From: an uncultured Gammaproteobacteria bacterium
GTDB taxonomy: Bacteria > Patescibacteriota > Microgenomatia > UBA1406 > HO2-37-13b
Reading direction: 5' to 3'
Assembly (NCBI GenBank): GCA_964413645.1
Contig: CAYPSA010000001.1
Span: 72,389-136,388, forward strand
DNA length: 64,000 nt
Each line of letters begins with the position of its first letter. The first letter of the stretch is position 1. The position numbers were made by a program, and so were the translations under genes. This document shows, in pieces, positions 16,077 to 24,796 of the stretch. Below the pieces are notes generated by a model that worked only from the letters and a program-made list of their open reading frames with translations, was not told where the DNA came from and did not search any database.

Positions 16077-17057
16077 TTATAATGACACTTTCTCAACCTT
16101 CATATCTACCATCGTTCTCTTCAATACATTTCCTTTTATTAGTGCCCAGAACAACCATACGGTAAACACCGATTCAACGAATCCAAAGAGAATAAATACT
16201 GGTTGAATAAATAGTACAACTAGGAACGCAACTAACACCGGCACGATATAACTATATTGCTCAAGAAGTATTAATAGTTGCGTTTGAATCTGCGGATGCA
16301 TTGCAGCAATAATGGGTTCAATATCTACATCGCCATTATCGTACACATACACATTTTCATACGGAATTGTGTTTGGATCGATTCCATACAGCTTTCCCGT
16401 TTGCTGATTTACCATATTTTTTCCAACTTCGCGTAATATACCACCAGCGGCTTCTTTTTTTTGCTGATATCCGAGTCCATCATATTGTGGGCCTAATTTT
16501 CGAATAACTTGGGAATTAATTTGTTTATTAATTATTGGAAGTAACGGCTTGCTTGCAAACATAATAAGTGTATCGTTTACCAGAGTATTTGAGGCGATTC
16601 GATCACGCGTTTGCACAAAACTAATAAGCGAGAAAAAAATCATCAAATATACAAACGATGTTCGCAATGCCGGCATAAAAATTTCTGACGGAATAAATTT
16701 TACAAATAGCGCAGCTCGTGAAGTACTTGAAGTATACATATACTGCTGCATCCACCAGAAAACGAGGGAGCTTAGCACCGATCCAACAATCGAATGACTA
16801 ACTGCAAAGAAAGTAAATCCAAATGTAAGCGTCGATACAAAATACAACTTGCCCATTCTATTATCATGAGCTAATCCGAACAAAAATAGACATAGGGAAT
16901 CTAAATAAACAAGAAATATTGAAACGAAGAATAGAATAATATTCACCCGCACCGCCCCACTGATTAATGCATACAAATTAATGCCACCTAAGGTAAATCC
17001 AAGAGCGATAGAAAGTAGTACAAGAAACCCAGCAAGAATGTTTTTAGTTGAAGGCAT
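16077..17057 (-). CDS. Hypothetical polytopic membrane protein
   Basis: 326 aa; multiple hydrophobic segments flanking a ~110-aa hydrophilic loop; TGcTATAAA box 6 nt upstream of ATG; no motif recognised. Confidence 0.55.
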   Translation of the reverse strand: MPSTKNILAGFLVLLSIALGFTLGGINLYALISGAVRVNIILFFVSIFLVYLDSLCLFLFGLAHDNRMGKLYFVSTLTFGFTFFAVSHSIVGSVLSSLVFWWMQQYMYTSSTSRAALFVKFIPSEIFMPALRTSFVYLMIFFSLISFVQTRDRIASNTLVNDTLIMFASKPLLPIINKQINSQVIRKLGPQYDGLGYQQKKEAAGGILREVGKNMVNQQTGKLYGIDPNTIPYENVYVYDNGDVDIEPIIAAMHPQIQTQLLILLEQYSYIVPVLVAFLVVLFIQPVFILFGFVESVFTVWLFWALIKGNVLKRTMVDMKVEKVSL

Positions 17058-17063
17058 ATGCTA

Positions 17064-17072
17064 TTTATAGCA
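17064..17072 (-). promoter_or_regulatory. Extended -10 box for the membrane protein gene
   Basis: Minus strand TGcTATAAA, 6 nt before ATG 17057. Confidence 0.55.
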
Positions 17073-17088
17073 TGCTTTGATTCCTTAA

Positions 17089-17736
17089 TCAATTGTGTAA
17101 GGGAGTTTTTTTGCTTATGCCAGAAGTATGTTTAACTTTCATCAAATCTCCATCAACTTCCAGTACAAAATACCCGGCATTCTCAACTGATCCATAGGGA
17201 AGTTCATTGTATTGACCCCACTCGATTAGAACAAGAAATTTTCTCATGATAGATGCATGTGCAACAATCACAACGGTTTGCCCTTGGTGTTTTTTTGCAA
17301 GTTCAAGGACAACGTTCTTTACTCGAGTTGCCGATTCCATTGCACTTTCACCATCATCTGAGAATCGATGATTCAATTTGCTCATGTCATCTTCGAATTC
17401 TCGTACAGCAGCGCGAAGTGCTTTTCTTTCAGCTTTCGGAAGTGAAAAATACGTTGTTCCATAGAAATGTTCGTGTAATTCTTTTCGTTCTGAAACAGGT
17501 AATGTGTGTTTTTTTGCAATAATCTTTGCTGTTTGTTTGGAGCGCGTTAATGCTGAAGAGTATATGGCGTCAAATGGCTTATCTTTAAGAAGTTCTGCGA
17601 TCTTTTGTGCTTGTTTTACTCCTTCAGTTGATAATCGACTACCCCATTTCATCAAATGTTTTTGAGGTTTGCTTTTACGTTTGCTAACATTCGCATGAGA
17701 CTGACCATGACGAATAATATAAAAAGTAGTTTTCAT
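17089..17736 (-). CDS. Histidine phosphatase family protein (PGAM-like)
   Basis: YIIRHGQSHAN (RHG motif) and VIVAHASIMR second catalytic His. Confidence 0.8.
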   Translation of the reverse strand: MKTTFYIIRHGQSHANVSKRKSKPQKHLMKWGSRLSTEGVKQAQKIAELLKDKPFDAIYSSALTRSKQTAKIIAKKHTLPVSERKELHEHFYGTTYFSLPKAERKALRAAVREFEDDMSKLNHRFSDDGESAMESATRVKNVVLELAKKHQGQTVVIVAHASIMRKFLVLIEWGQYNELPYGSVENAGYFVLEVDGDLMKVKHTSGISKKTPLHN

Positions 17737-17774
17737 AGTGGTAATTCATGAGAAAAGCTTAGTATGGTTTGTAT

Positions 17775-17780
17775 TATACT
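17775..17780 (+). promoter_or_regulatory. -10 box for the histidine phosphatase gene
   Basis: TATACT 6 nt before ATG 17787. Confidence 0.5.
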
Positions 17781-17786
17781 ACATAT

Positions 17787-18395
17787 ATGAAAATCTACTT
17801 TGTTCGCCATGGGGAATCACAGCAAACCGATCGTGTTTTTCAGTTGCCCAGTACTCCGCTTAGTGATAAAGGAGTTTTGCATTCGCAGGCGGTAGTTAAA
17901 TCGCTTTCTGCTACTTCATTTGATTTACTTGTTTCAAGCCCCTACGAAAGAGCGCTGCAAACAGCTCAAATTATCGAGAAATCTATTCACATTCCTGTCA
18001 TACAAAATCCTCTATTTACTGAACGCAAAATGCCCACTTCTTTTGAGGGAAAGCCCGTGAATCAGGAAGCTATTTCACTAACCCATCAGCAAATACGACA
18101 GAATTTTTTTAATAAAGACTGGCATCATGAAGATGAGGAAAATTTCTTTGATTTACAAACGCGGGTTCGAGCCGCTCGTGATTGGCTAATTTCGCAAAAT
18201 AAGCAAACTGTGCTAGTTACGACTCACGGATATTTTTTAACCATCATGGTCTTTGACATACTTTTTGGAAATACCGATAGTCACCATCTATTCAAATCAT
18301 TCAAAACGCATACAGAATTTTCAAATGGGGGAATAACTGCCATAGAGTTTCAAAGTGGTATGTGGAGAATAATCTCAATGAATATGATCCCGTAA
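17787..18395 (+). CDS. Histidine phosphatase family protein (PGAM-like)
   Basis: YFVRHGESQQ and VLVTTHGYFL; start moved from 17769 to ATG 17787 (TATACT box at 17775-17780). Confidence 0.8.
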   Translation: MKIYFVRHGESQQTDRVFQLPSTPLSDKGVLHSQAVVKSLSATSFDLLVSSPYERALQTAQIIEKSIHIPVIQNPLFTERKMPTSFEGKPVNQEAISLTHQQIRQNFFNKDWHHEDEENFFDLQTRVRAARDWLISQNKQTVLVTTHGYFLTIMVFDILFGNTDSHHLFKSFKTHTEFSNGGITAIEFQSGMWRIISMNMIP

Positions 18396-18403
18396 GGCTT
18401 AAG

Positions 18404-18475
18404 TGACGCTACGGGGAATCGAACCCCGATTATCAGGATGAGAACCTGACGTCCTAACCGTTAGACGATAGCGCC
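18404..18475 (-). tRNA. tRNA-Glu (anticodon CUC)
   Basis: Reverse complement GGCGCTA-TC-GTCT-AACGGTTA-GGAC-G-TCAGG-TTCTCAT-CCTGA-TAAT-CGGGG-TTCGATT-CCCCG-TAGCGTC-A folds as a cloverleaf by hand; CCA not encoded. Confidence 0.9.
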
Positions 18476-18483
18476 GTTAGTGA

Positions 18484-18512
18484 TTGACTTTTTACTTTTT
18501 GTGTAGTATATT
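18484..18512 (+). promoter_or_regulatory. greA promoter (leadered; the exception)
   Basis: TTGACT-17 nt-TATATT; about 47-nt leader with GGAGG at 18551-18555. Confidence 0.7.
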
Positions 18513-18565
18513 CTATCAAACCTGACCTCAAAATATATTAGAACTTGACGGGAGGGTGTTTTTTT

Positions 18566-19027
18566 ATGGCTGATTCAAATGTAATATCACAAAAAGGATA
18601 CAATAAAGTACTTGCGGAAATTGATGAGCTTAAGAAAAAGAAGCGTCCAATTGCTGTTGCACGGCTTAAAAAAGCACGTGAAATGGGTGACTTGTCGGAA
18701 AATAGCGAATATGTAGCTGCTAAAGAAGATTTATCATTCTTAGATGGCCGCGTTCAAGAATTGGAATATTTACTTCGACAAGCAAAAGTCATTCCCGATT
18801 CATCAGATAATTCTGTTGTTGAAGTAGGAAGCGTCATTGACGTTCTGGTAAATGGCAACAAAGATACAATCTCCATCGTCGGTGAGCTAGAAGCTAATAT
18901 TGCTGAAAAGAAATTATCTAACAATTCTCCAATTGGCAGCGCGCTGTTGGGGAAGAAAAAAGGCGATGTAGTTAGGGTAACTGTTCCTGCTGGTGAAATT
19001 GAGTATACGATCGTAGCCATCAAATAA
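18566..19027 (+). CDS. greA: Transcription elongation factor GreA
   Basis: GDLSENSEY signature; GGAGG at 18551-18555, 10 nt before ATG 18566 (ORF-track TTG 18545 rejected). Confidence 0.92.
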   Translation: MADSNVISQKGYNKVLAEIDELKKKKRPIAVARLKKAREMGDLSENSEYVAAKEDLSFLDGRVQELEYLLRQAKVIPDSSDNSVVEVGSVIDVLVNGNKDTISIVGELEANIAEKKLSNNSPIGSALLGKKKGDVVRVTVPAGEIEYTIVAIK

Positions 19028-19041
19028 CCTTTTTCTTGCGG

Positions 19042-19047
19042 TATAAT
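19042..19047 (+). promoter_or_regulatory. -10 box for lysK
   Basis: TATAAT 6 nt before ATG 19054; within the shared 15-mer GGTATAATACTCCTA. Confidence 0.6.
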
Positions 19048-19053
19048 ACTCCT

Positions 19054-20640
19054 ATGTTCTGGGCTGATCAATTAATACAAAACCTTGATAAAAAGTCTCA
19101 TCATCGTGTTGATGACATGAAAACTCCTTCAGGGCATGCTCATGCTGGGTCGTTACGCGCCATTGCAACACATGGCATTGTGTATGAAGCTATGAAAAAA
19201 GCAGGCTATGACGTTGATTTTACGTATGTAGTAAACGACATGGATCCAATGGATGGACTTCCCGTATATTTAGCTGAAGAAGAATACTCTCAACATATGG
19301 GAAAACCGCTTTTTACCATTCCTGCTCCCGATAAAAAATCTGAAAGTTTTGCTCATCAGTTTGCACACGAATATATAGGCGCATTTAATCACATTGGATT
19401 TACGCCAGAAATCTTGTGGTCTCACGAGTTGTATCAAAGTGGAGTCATGGATACGTATATTCGTCAGGCGCTTGATGGTGTTAAAAAAATCCGAGAAATT
19501 TATAAAAAAGTTGCTGATCAAAATAAACCAGAAGGTTGGTATCCGTTCCAGGTAATTTGTCCGCAATGCGGCAAAGTTGGGTCAAGTTTGGTAACTGATT
19601 GGGATGGAACCCTGGTAACATACGAGTGCAAACCTAATTTGGTAAAGTGGGCAATTGGTTGCGGTGCTGCTGGAACTATTTCTCCGTTTGGAGGAACCGG
19701 TAAACTCATGTGGAAAGTAGACTGGGCTGCGCATTGGGCTCACATTGGTGTAACTGTCGAAGGCGCAGGAAAAGATCATTTTAGCGCAGGAGGAAGTCGA
19801 TATGTTTCGGCTGCAGTGATGCAAGAGGTATTTGAAAAGGAACCTCCTTTTGGTTTTTTGCATGAATTTTTATTAATAGGCGGAGCTAAAATGTCATCTT
19901 CAAAAGGAAATGCAGTAACAGCTGCGGAATTGGTAACACTGCTCCCACCAGCCATCGGGAAATTCTTATTTGTTCGTACAGCGTATCAGCGGGCAATAAA
20001 TTTCGACCCAACGCTTTCCTCAACAATCCCTGATTTGTTCGATGAATATGATCGCTGTGCAAAAGCATTTTTTGAATCCGGAACAGAAACTGATATGGGA
20101 AGAATGTATGAAGCTGCTCAAATCGGGGAGCCCCCGTCCGCCAGCGGGCGGATCGGAAAAATGCACCTTCCTCGCTTCCGACAAATTGCCACGCTCATTC
20201 AAATGCCTTCGGTTGATGTAATTAAGTTCTTTGAAGCGGAAAAGGGGAGTGCACTTACTCAATCTGAACAGGATTTATTGCAAGAACGAACTCACTTTGC
20301 AAGAATTTGGTTGGAAAAGTATGCCGATGAAAAAGATACGTTTGCAATTTCTAAAACGCTTCCTTCGCGCGCGTCTGAATTAGACACCGATCAAAAGCAG
20401 TTCCTTAGCAGAGTGGCGACTGATCTGCTAAGCGAGCACTATTCCGACGGCGAAGCCTTGCAACAAGCAATATTTGAGCTTTCAAAGACTGTTGGACTGC
20501 CCCCAAAAAAGGCATTTCAGGCAATCTATTTGGTTCTCATAAACAAAGATCACGGACCAAAAGCTGGATGGCTATTATACGACGAAATGCAGAGCAATAA
20601 AGACTTCTTAATAGAACGATTTACGAGTGATATCGCCTAA
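19054..20640 (+). CDS. lysK: Lysyl-tRNA synthetase, class I
   Basis: FWADQL N-terminus, HIGH-like PSGHAHAGSLR, KMSSSKG (KMSKS); start moved from 19036 to ATG 19054 (TATAAT at 19042-19047). Confidence 0.88.
   Translation: MFWADQLIQNLDKKSHHRVDDMKTPSGHAHAGSLRAIATHGIVYEAMKKAGYDVDFTYVVNDMDPMDGLPVYLAEEEYSQHMGKPLFTIPAPDKKSESFAHQFAHEYIGAFNHIGFTPEILWSHELYQSGVMDTYIRQALDGVKKIREIYKKVADQNKPEGWYPFQVICPQCGKVGSSLVTDWDGTLVTYECKPNLVKWAIGCGAAGTISPFGGTGKLMWKVDWAAHWAHIGVTVEGAGKDHFSAGGSRYVSAAVMQEVFEKEPPFGFLHEFLLIGGAKMSSSKGNAVTAAELVTLLPPAIGKFLFVRTAYQRAINFDPTLSSTIPDLFDEYDRCAKAFFESGTETDMGRMYEAAQIGEPPSASGRIGKMHLPRFRQIATLIQMPSVDVIKFFEAEKGSALTQSEQDLLQERTHFARIWLEKYADEKDTFAISKTLPSRASELDTDQKQFLSRVATDLLSEHYSDGEALQQAIFELSKTVGLPPKKAFQAIYLVLINKDHGPKAGWLLYDEMQSNKDFLIERFTSDIA
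20123..20155 (+). repeat. GC-rich palindromic patch inside lysK (free-standing inner-hairpin type)
   Basis: cggggagcccccgTCCGCCagcgGGCGGAtcgg; same CCGCC/GGCGG hairpin as 15961, 48231 and 50344. Confidence 0.6.
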
Positions 20641-20649
20641 GAGGTGGTG

Positions 20650-20655
20650 TATAAT
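20650..20655 (+). promoter_or_regulatory. -10 box for serS
   Basis: GGTGTATAAT; 6 nt before ATG 20662. Confidence 0.6.
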
Positions 20656-20661
20656 TACCTC

Positions 20662-21939
20662 ATGCTTTCTATTGATTTTATCCGCGCCAACAAACAGAAA
20701 GTCGAACTTTGTTCGAAGAATAAAAACCGCCCGGTTGATGTAGATGCATTACTAGCTCTTGATGACACCCGCCGAGAACTTATTGGGAAAGTTCAAAAAC
20801 TCCGTGAAGAAAGAAATTCCCTTGCAAGTGCAGGGTCCGACGAGAGCGCACGGGAGCGCGGTCGAGTAATTAAGGATGAACTTAAGGTATTTGAAACAAA
20901 GCTTACCGATGTCGAAACAAAACTTAATGACCTCCTCTTAACCGTTCCAAATATATACCTTGATGAGGTTCCGGTAGGTACCGACGAATCGGGAAACCAA
21001 GAAATTTCAAAATGGGGAACTATTCCAGAATTTGACTTTACTCCCCTGTCGCATATTGAACTAGGAGAGAAGTTGGATCTAATTGATCTTAAACGAGGAA
21101 CGAAAGTATCGGGTTTTCGTGGCTATTTTCTAAAAAACCAAGCTGCTCAATTGCAAATGGCGCTCACGTTGTATGTTCTGAACAAACTCGTTAACAAAGG
21201 ATATACCCCGCTTCTTGCCCCCGCAGTTGTAAAAAGCTTTACAATGTTTGGAAATGGACAATTTCCGTGGGGAAAAGATGAAGTGTATGCGTTAAATGAT
21301 GACGATGCGTATTTGGCTGGTACTGCAGAAGTTCCAGTAACTGCGTATTTTGCTAATGAAACATTTTCGGAAAGTGACTTGCCCAAGAAGTTCGTCGCAT
21401 TTTCATCGTGCTTTCGCAGGGAAGCTGGCTCATATGGAAAAGATACAAAAGGCTTATACCGAGTTCATGAATTTTTCAAAATTGAACAGGTCATTATTGC
21501 AAAAGCGGATATAGAAGAAGCTAAAAAAATGCATGAAGAACTCCAACGAAATTGTGAAGAAATTCTACAAGAATTAAACCTCCCTTACCATATTTTACTT
21601 ATGTGCACCGGCGACATGGGAGAACCTCAAATGAAAAAGTATGATACTGAAGTCTGGATGCCATCTCGAAACGGGTACGGTGAAACAATGTCAAATTCCA
21701 TAATGGGCGATTTCCAAACACGACGTCTCAATATTAAATATAAAGATGCCCAAGGCAATATGCATTTCACCTATTCTCTAAACAATACTGCAATTGCATT
21801 TCCACGAATTCTGATTCCATTATTAGAAAATAACCAACAAAAAGACGGTTCAATTAAAGTTCCAGAAGTCCTTGTAAAATATACCGGCTTTGAAGTTATA
21901 TCTCCCCGTCATGCTGAGCGAAGCGAAGCATCTCAGTAA
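20662..21939 (+). CDS. serS: Seryl-tRNA synthetase
   Basis: Coiled-coil N-terminus, CFRREAGSYGKDTKGLYRVHEFFKIEQ motif 2; start moved from 20644 to ATG 20662; C-terminal RHAERSEASQ is repeat-derived. Confidence 0.93.
   Translation: MLSIDFIRANKQKVELCSKNKNRPVDVDALLALDDTRRELIGKVQKLREERNSLASAGSDESARERGRVIKDELKVFETKLTDVETKLNDLLLTVPNIYLDEVPVGTDESGNQEISKWGTIPEFDFTPLSHIELGEKLDLIDLKRGTKVSGFRGYFLKNQAAQLQMALTLYVLNKLVNKGYTPLLAPAVVKSFTMFGNGQFPWGKDEVYALNDDDAYLAGTAEVPVTAYFANETFSESDLPKKFVAFSSCFRREAGSYGKDTKGLYRVHEFFKIEQVIIAKADIEEAKKMHEELQRNCEEILQELNLPYHILLMCTGDMGEPQMKKYDTEVWMPSRNGYGETMSNSIMGDFQTRRLNIKYKDAQGNMHFTYSLNNTAIAFPRILIPLLENNQQKDGSIKVPEVLVKYTGFEVISPRHAERSEASQ
21908..21935 (+). repeat. Family A unit forming the serS 3' end
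   Basis: gtcATGCTGAgcgaagcGAAGCATctc; read in the alternative open frame as RHAERSEASQ-stop. Confidence 0.85.
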
Positions 21940-21943
21940 TATT

Positions 21944-24796
21944 ATGTTTAATCCATTCAAATCATTTTTCGACTTTAACAAAAAAGAAATTGATCGACTT
22001 GCAAAGCGAGTCGACGAGATTAATAAACTCGAAGATTCAGTGCGATCTTTAAAAGACGCTGATTTTGCAAAGGAAACAGTAAGGCTTCAAGAACAAATCA
22101 AATCAGGAACATCACTTGATGAGATTTTGCCATACTCTTTTGCACTCGTTCGCGAAGCCGCCAGAAGAGTGCTGGGAACACGCCACTATGATGTGCAACT
22201 TATGGCTGGAATTGCTCTTCATGAAGGTACCGTTGCCGAGCAAAAAACAGGAGAGGGAAAAACGTTATCTGCTACTTCGCCGCTCTATTTAAATGCTTTA
22301 ACTGGAAAAGGAGTTCATTTGGTTACTGTAAACGATTATTTGGCACGGCGTGATGCCGGATGGATGGGGCAGTTGTTTAGTTTCTTAGGTCTTTCTGTTT
22401 CTGCAATTATTTCTGAGCAGTCATTTTTATATGATTCTTCTTTTATCGATTCCCAAGCAACCGATCATCGACTAATTCATTTGCGACCCGTTTCGCGAAA
22501 AGAAGCATATGATGCTGACATAACCTACGGTATTAATTCAGAATTTGGATTCGACTATTTGCGCGACAACATGGCAAACGAAATGACAGGATTGGTACAA
22601 CGAGGATTTCATTACGCAATTATCGACGAGGTTGATTCTGTTTTAATTGACGAAGCTCGAACACCGCATATTATTTCCGCAGCGTATGATAAAGATGTTT
22701 CAAAGTATTATGATTACGCAACCATTGTTTCCAAATTAAAACCGAGCGATTTTACCATCGATGAAAAACAGCGAACCGCTCATTTAACAGAAGCAGGAAT
22801 TGCGACCATCGAAGGAATTTTGAAAGTCGAAAATGTGTACGAGAAAGATTTTGACACAGTATTTCATGTAGAAGCAGCACTTAAAGCCCGAACACTATTT
22901 ACGAAAGATAAAGATTACATCGTAAAAGATGGCGAAGTTATTATAGTCGATGAATTTACTGGTCGACTTTTGTATGGTCGCCGATTTTCTGAAGGATTAC
23001 ATCAGGCAATTGAAGCAAAGGAGCGGGTAGATATTAAACAAGAATCTCGAACGCTTGCCACCGTTTCATTACAAAACTATTTTAGAATGTATGAAAAACT
23101 CGGGGGCATGACTGGAACTGCAGCAACAGAAGCAGAAGAATTTTCAAAGATTTATAAACTTAATGTTATTATTTTCCCAACACATAATAAGGCGCAAAGA
23201 ATAGATCATGCAGATTTGATTTATAAAACCGAACTTGGAAAATTTAACGCAGTTGTTGCGGATGTTGCCGCGCAACACAAAACAGGTCGCCCAGTTTTAA
23301 TTGGAACCACTTCAATCCAAAAGAATGAGCTACTTTCTCAATTACTTAAAAAGAATGGTGTTCCACATACTCTATTGAATGCTAAAAACCATTTAAAAGA
23401 AGCGCAAATTATCTCATCCGCAGGTGAGCGAGGAGCAGTAACTGTTGCAACCAACATGGCTGGTCGAGGAGTCGATATTGTTCTGGGTGGAGAAGCTCCG
23501 AATAAGTATGAACGTCCAGTTGATAACGACGGTGTCATCCTGAGCTCCGCCGCGGGCGGAAGTGAGGGATCCTCGTCATCAAAAAAACAAGTTAAAGAAT
23601 CCGAAAAATACGAAAAGAAGATGAATGAATGGAGAAAGAAACATGATGAAGTTCTTGCACTTGGAGGTTTGTATGTTATCGGAACCGAACGACACGAATC
23701 TCGACGTATCGATAACCAGCTCCGAGGACGATCAGGTCGACAAGGTGACGCCGGAGAAACGCGTTTCTTTGTTTCACTCGAAGACGATTTGATGAGAATA
23801 TTTGGTGGTGAGCAAGTTGCAAAACTCATGAACTTTTTCAATATTCCTGAAGATCAACCATTAGAACATAAAATGGTATCACGAGCGCTCGAACAATCGC
23901 AGGTAAAAGTAGAAGGATTTAACTTTGACATGCGAAAACACTTGGTTGAATACGATGATGTCCTGAATAAACAACGAGAAGTTATTTATAGACTCCGTAA
24001 TCAAATCTTACGATCTGAAAATAAAGAAATTGACAATATCGCGACAAGTCTCTTTGAAGAAGAGATTCAAACGCTGACTAATATGTATGTCTTCCTCGAG
24101 GAAGATGTGATTGAATTTGAAAAACTAGCGCTTGAATTTTCACAAATAATTGGTGGCGATCCAAAGAAATTACAGAGCGAACTTGAGAAATTAGATAAAC
24201 CAGAAATTGCGCAGTTGCTTTCCAAGAAATTGCAAACAAGTTATAAAAAAAAGGAAAAAGACTTGGGAACCGACGTATGGAAGCAGGCAGTTCAAATTGT
24301 GTACCTGTCAACTATTGATAAATATTGGACTGAACATCTAACAGCAATCGACGACTTGCGCGATGGTATTCGTTTCCGCGGATACGCGCAACTTGATCCG
24401 TTAGTAGAGTATAAGAATGAAGCGTACACCATGTTTGAAAAATTACTTTCTGATATTAATTACGATGTATCTCGTCGATTACTTCATATTGAAGTAACGC
24501 AAAATATTCCACAGGTCCAAACACTTGATGAAAGCAAAATAAAATTGTCATCGGCTTCAGCAATCGATCCATTCGCAGCTCAAACCGATCCTCATGCCGG
24601 ACATAATCATGACGATCATGATCATGTCCACGATCATTCAGGTCATGATCATAGCCATGCAGGTCATACCCATACACATACCGTGAGTGCTTCTGCGCAA
24701 TCTACCAAAATCGGTCGTAATGATCCTTGCCCATGTGGAAGTGGATTGAAATACAAGAAGTGCGGCCTCATTAATGCTCCAGAACACAAGAACTAA
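21944..24796 (+). CDS. secA: Preprotein translocase ATPase SecA
   Basis: KTGEGKT, IIDEVDSVLIDEARTP, TNMAGRGVDI, GTERHESRRIDNQLRGRSGRQGD, C-terminal CPCGSGLKYKKC zinc motif; ATG 21944 (MFNPFKSF) preferred to ORF-track 21890, which overlaps serS. Confidence 0.95.
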   Translation: MFNPFKSFFDFNKKEIDRLAKRVDEINKLEDSVRSLKDADFAKETVRLQEQIKSGTSLDEILPYSFALVREAARRVLGTRHYDVQLMAGIALHEGTVAEQKTGEGKTLSATSPLYLNALTGKGVHLVTVNDYLARRDAGWMGQLFSFLGLSVSAIISEQSFLYDSSFIDSQATDHRLIHLRPVSRKEAYDADITYGINSEFGFDYLRDNMANEMTGLVQRGFHYAIIDEVDSVLIDEARTPHIISAAYDKDVSKYYDYATIVSKLKPSDFTIDEKQRTAHLTEAGIATIEGILKVENVYEKDFDTVFHVEAALKARTLFTKDKDYIVKDGEVIIVDEFTGRLLYGRRFSEGLHQAIEAKERVDIKQESRTLATVSLQNYFRMYEKLGGMTGTAATEAEEFSKIYKLNVIIFPTHNKAQRIDHADLIYKTELGKFNAVVADVAAQHKTGRPVLIGTTSIQKNELLSQLLKKNGVPHTLLNAKNHLKEAQIISSAGERGAVTVATNMAGRGVDIVLGGEAPNKYERPVDNDGVILSSAAGGSEGSSSSKKQVKESEKYEKKMNEWRKKHDEVLALGGLYVIGTERHESRRIDNQLRGRSGRQGDAGETRFFVSLEDDLMRIFGGEQVAKLMNFFNIPEDQPLEHKMVSRALEQSQVKVEGFNFDMRKHLVEYDDVLNKQREVIYRLRNQILRSENKEIDNIATSLFEEEIQTLTNMYVFLEEDVIEFEKLALEFSQIIGGDPKKLQSELEKLDKPEIAQLLSKKLQTSYKKKEKDLGTDVWKQAVQIVYLSTIDKYWTEHLTAIDDLRDGIRFRGYAQLDPLVEYKNEAYTMFEKLLSDINYDVSRRLLHIEVTQNIPQVQTLDESKIKLSSASAIDPFAAQTDPHAGHNHDDHDHVHDHSGHDHSHAGHTHTHTVSASAQSTKIGRNDPCPCGSGLKYKKCGLINAPEHKN
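23534..23572 (+). repeat. Family A unit with inner CCGCC/GGCGG hairpin, in frame inside secA
   Basis: gtcATCCTGAgcTCCGCCgcgGGCGGAagtGAGGGATcc; translated VILSSAAGGSEGS. Confidence 0.85.

Noticed and set aside
15929-16165. 78-aa ORF in the DsbA-like/membrane-protein intergenic region
   Set aside because: The translation is made almost entirely of palindromic repeat modules (LPAGRQG and similar). It overlaps the 3' end of the convergent gene, and no start context is present.
21890-21943. N-terminal extensions offered by the ORF track: secA 21890, sufC 5144, lysK 19036, serS 20644, tsaC-tsaE 31555, sugar transferase 35122, recO 37888, GT-C 48239, GT2 50885, rsmH 53910, murC 57801, greA 18545
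   Set aside because: The extensions read through promoters, a tRNA gene, repeat units or the upstream gene. Conserved N-termini begin at the internal ATG in each case.
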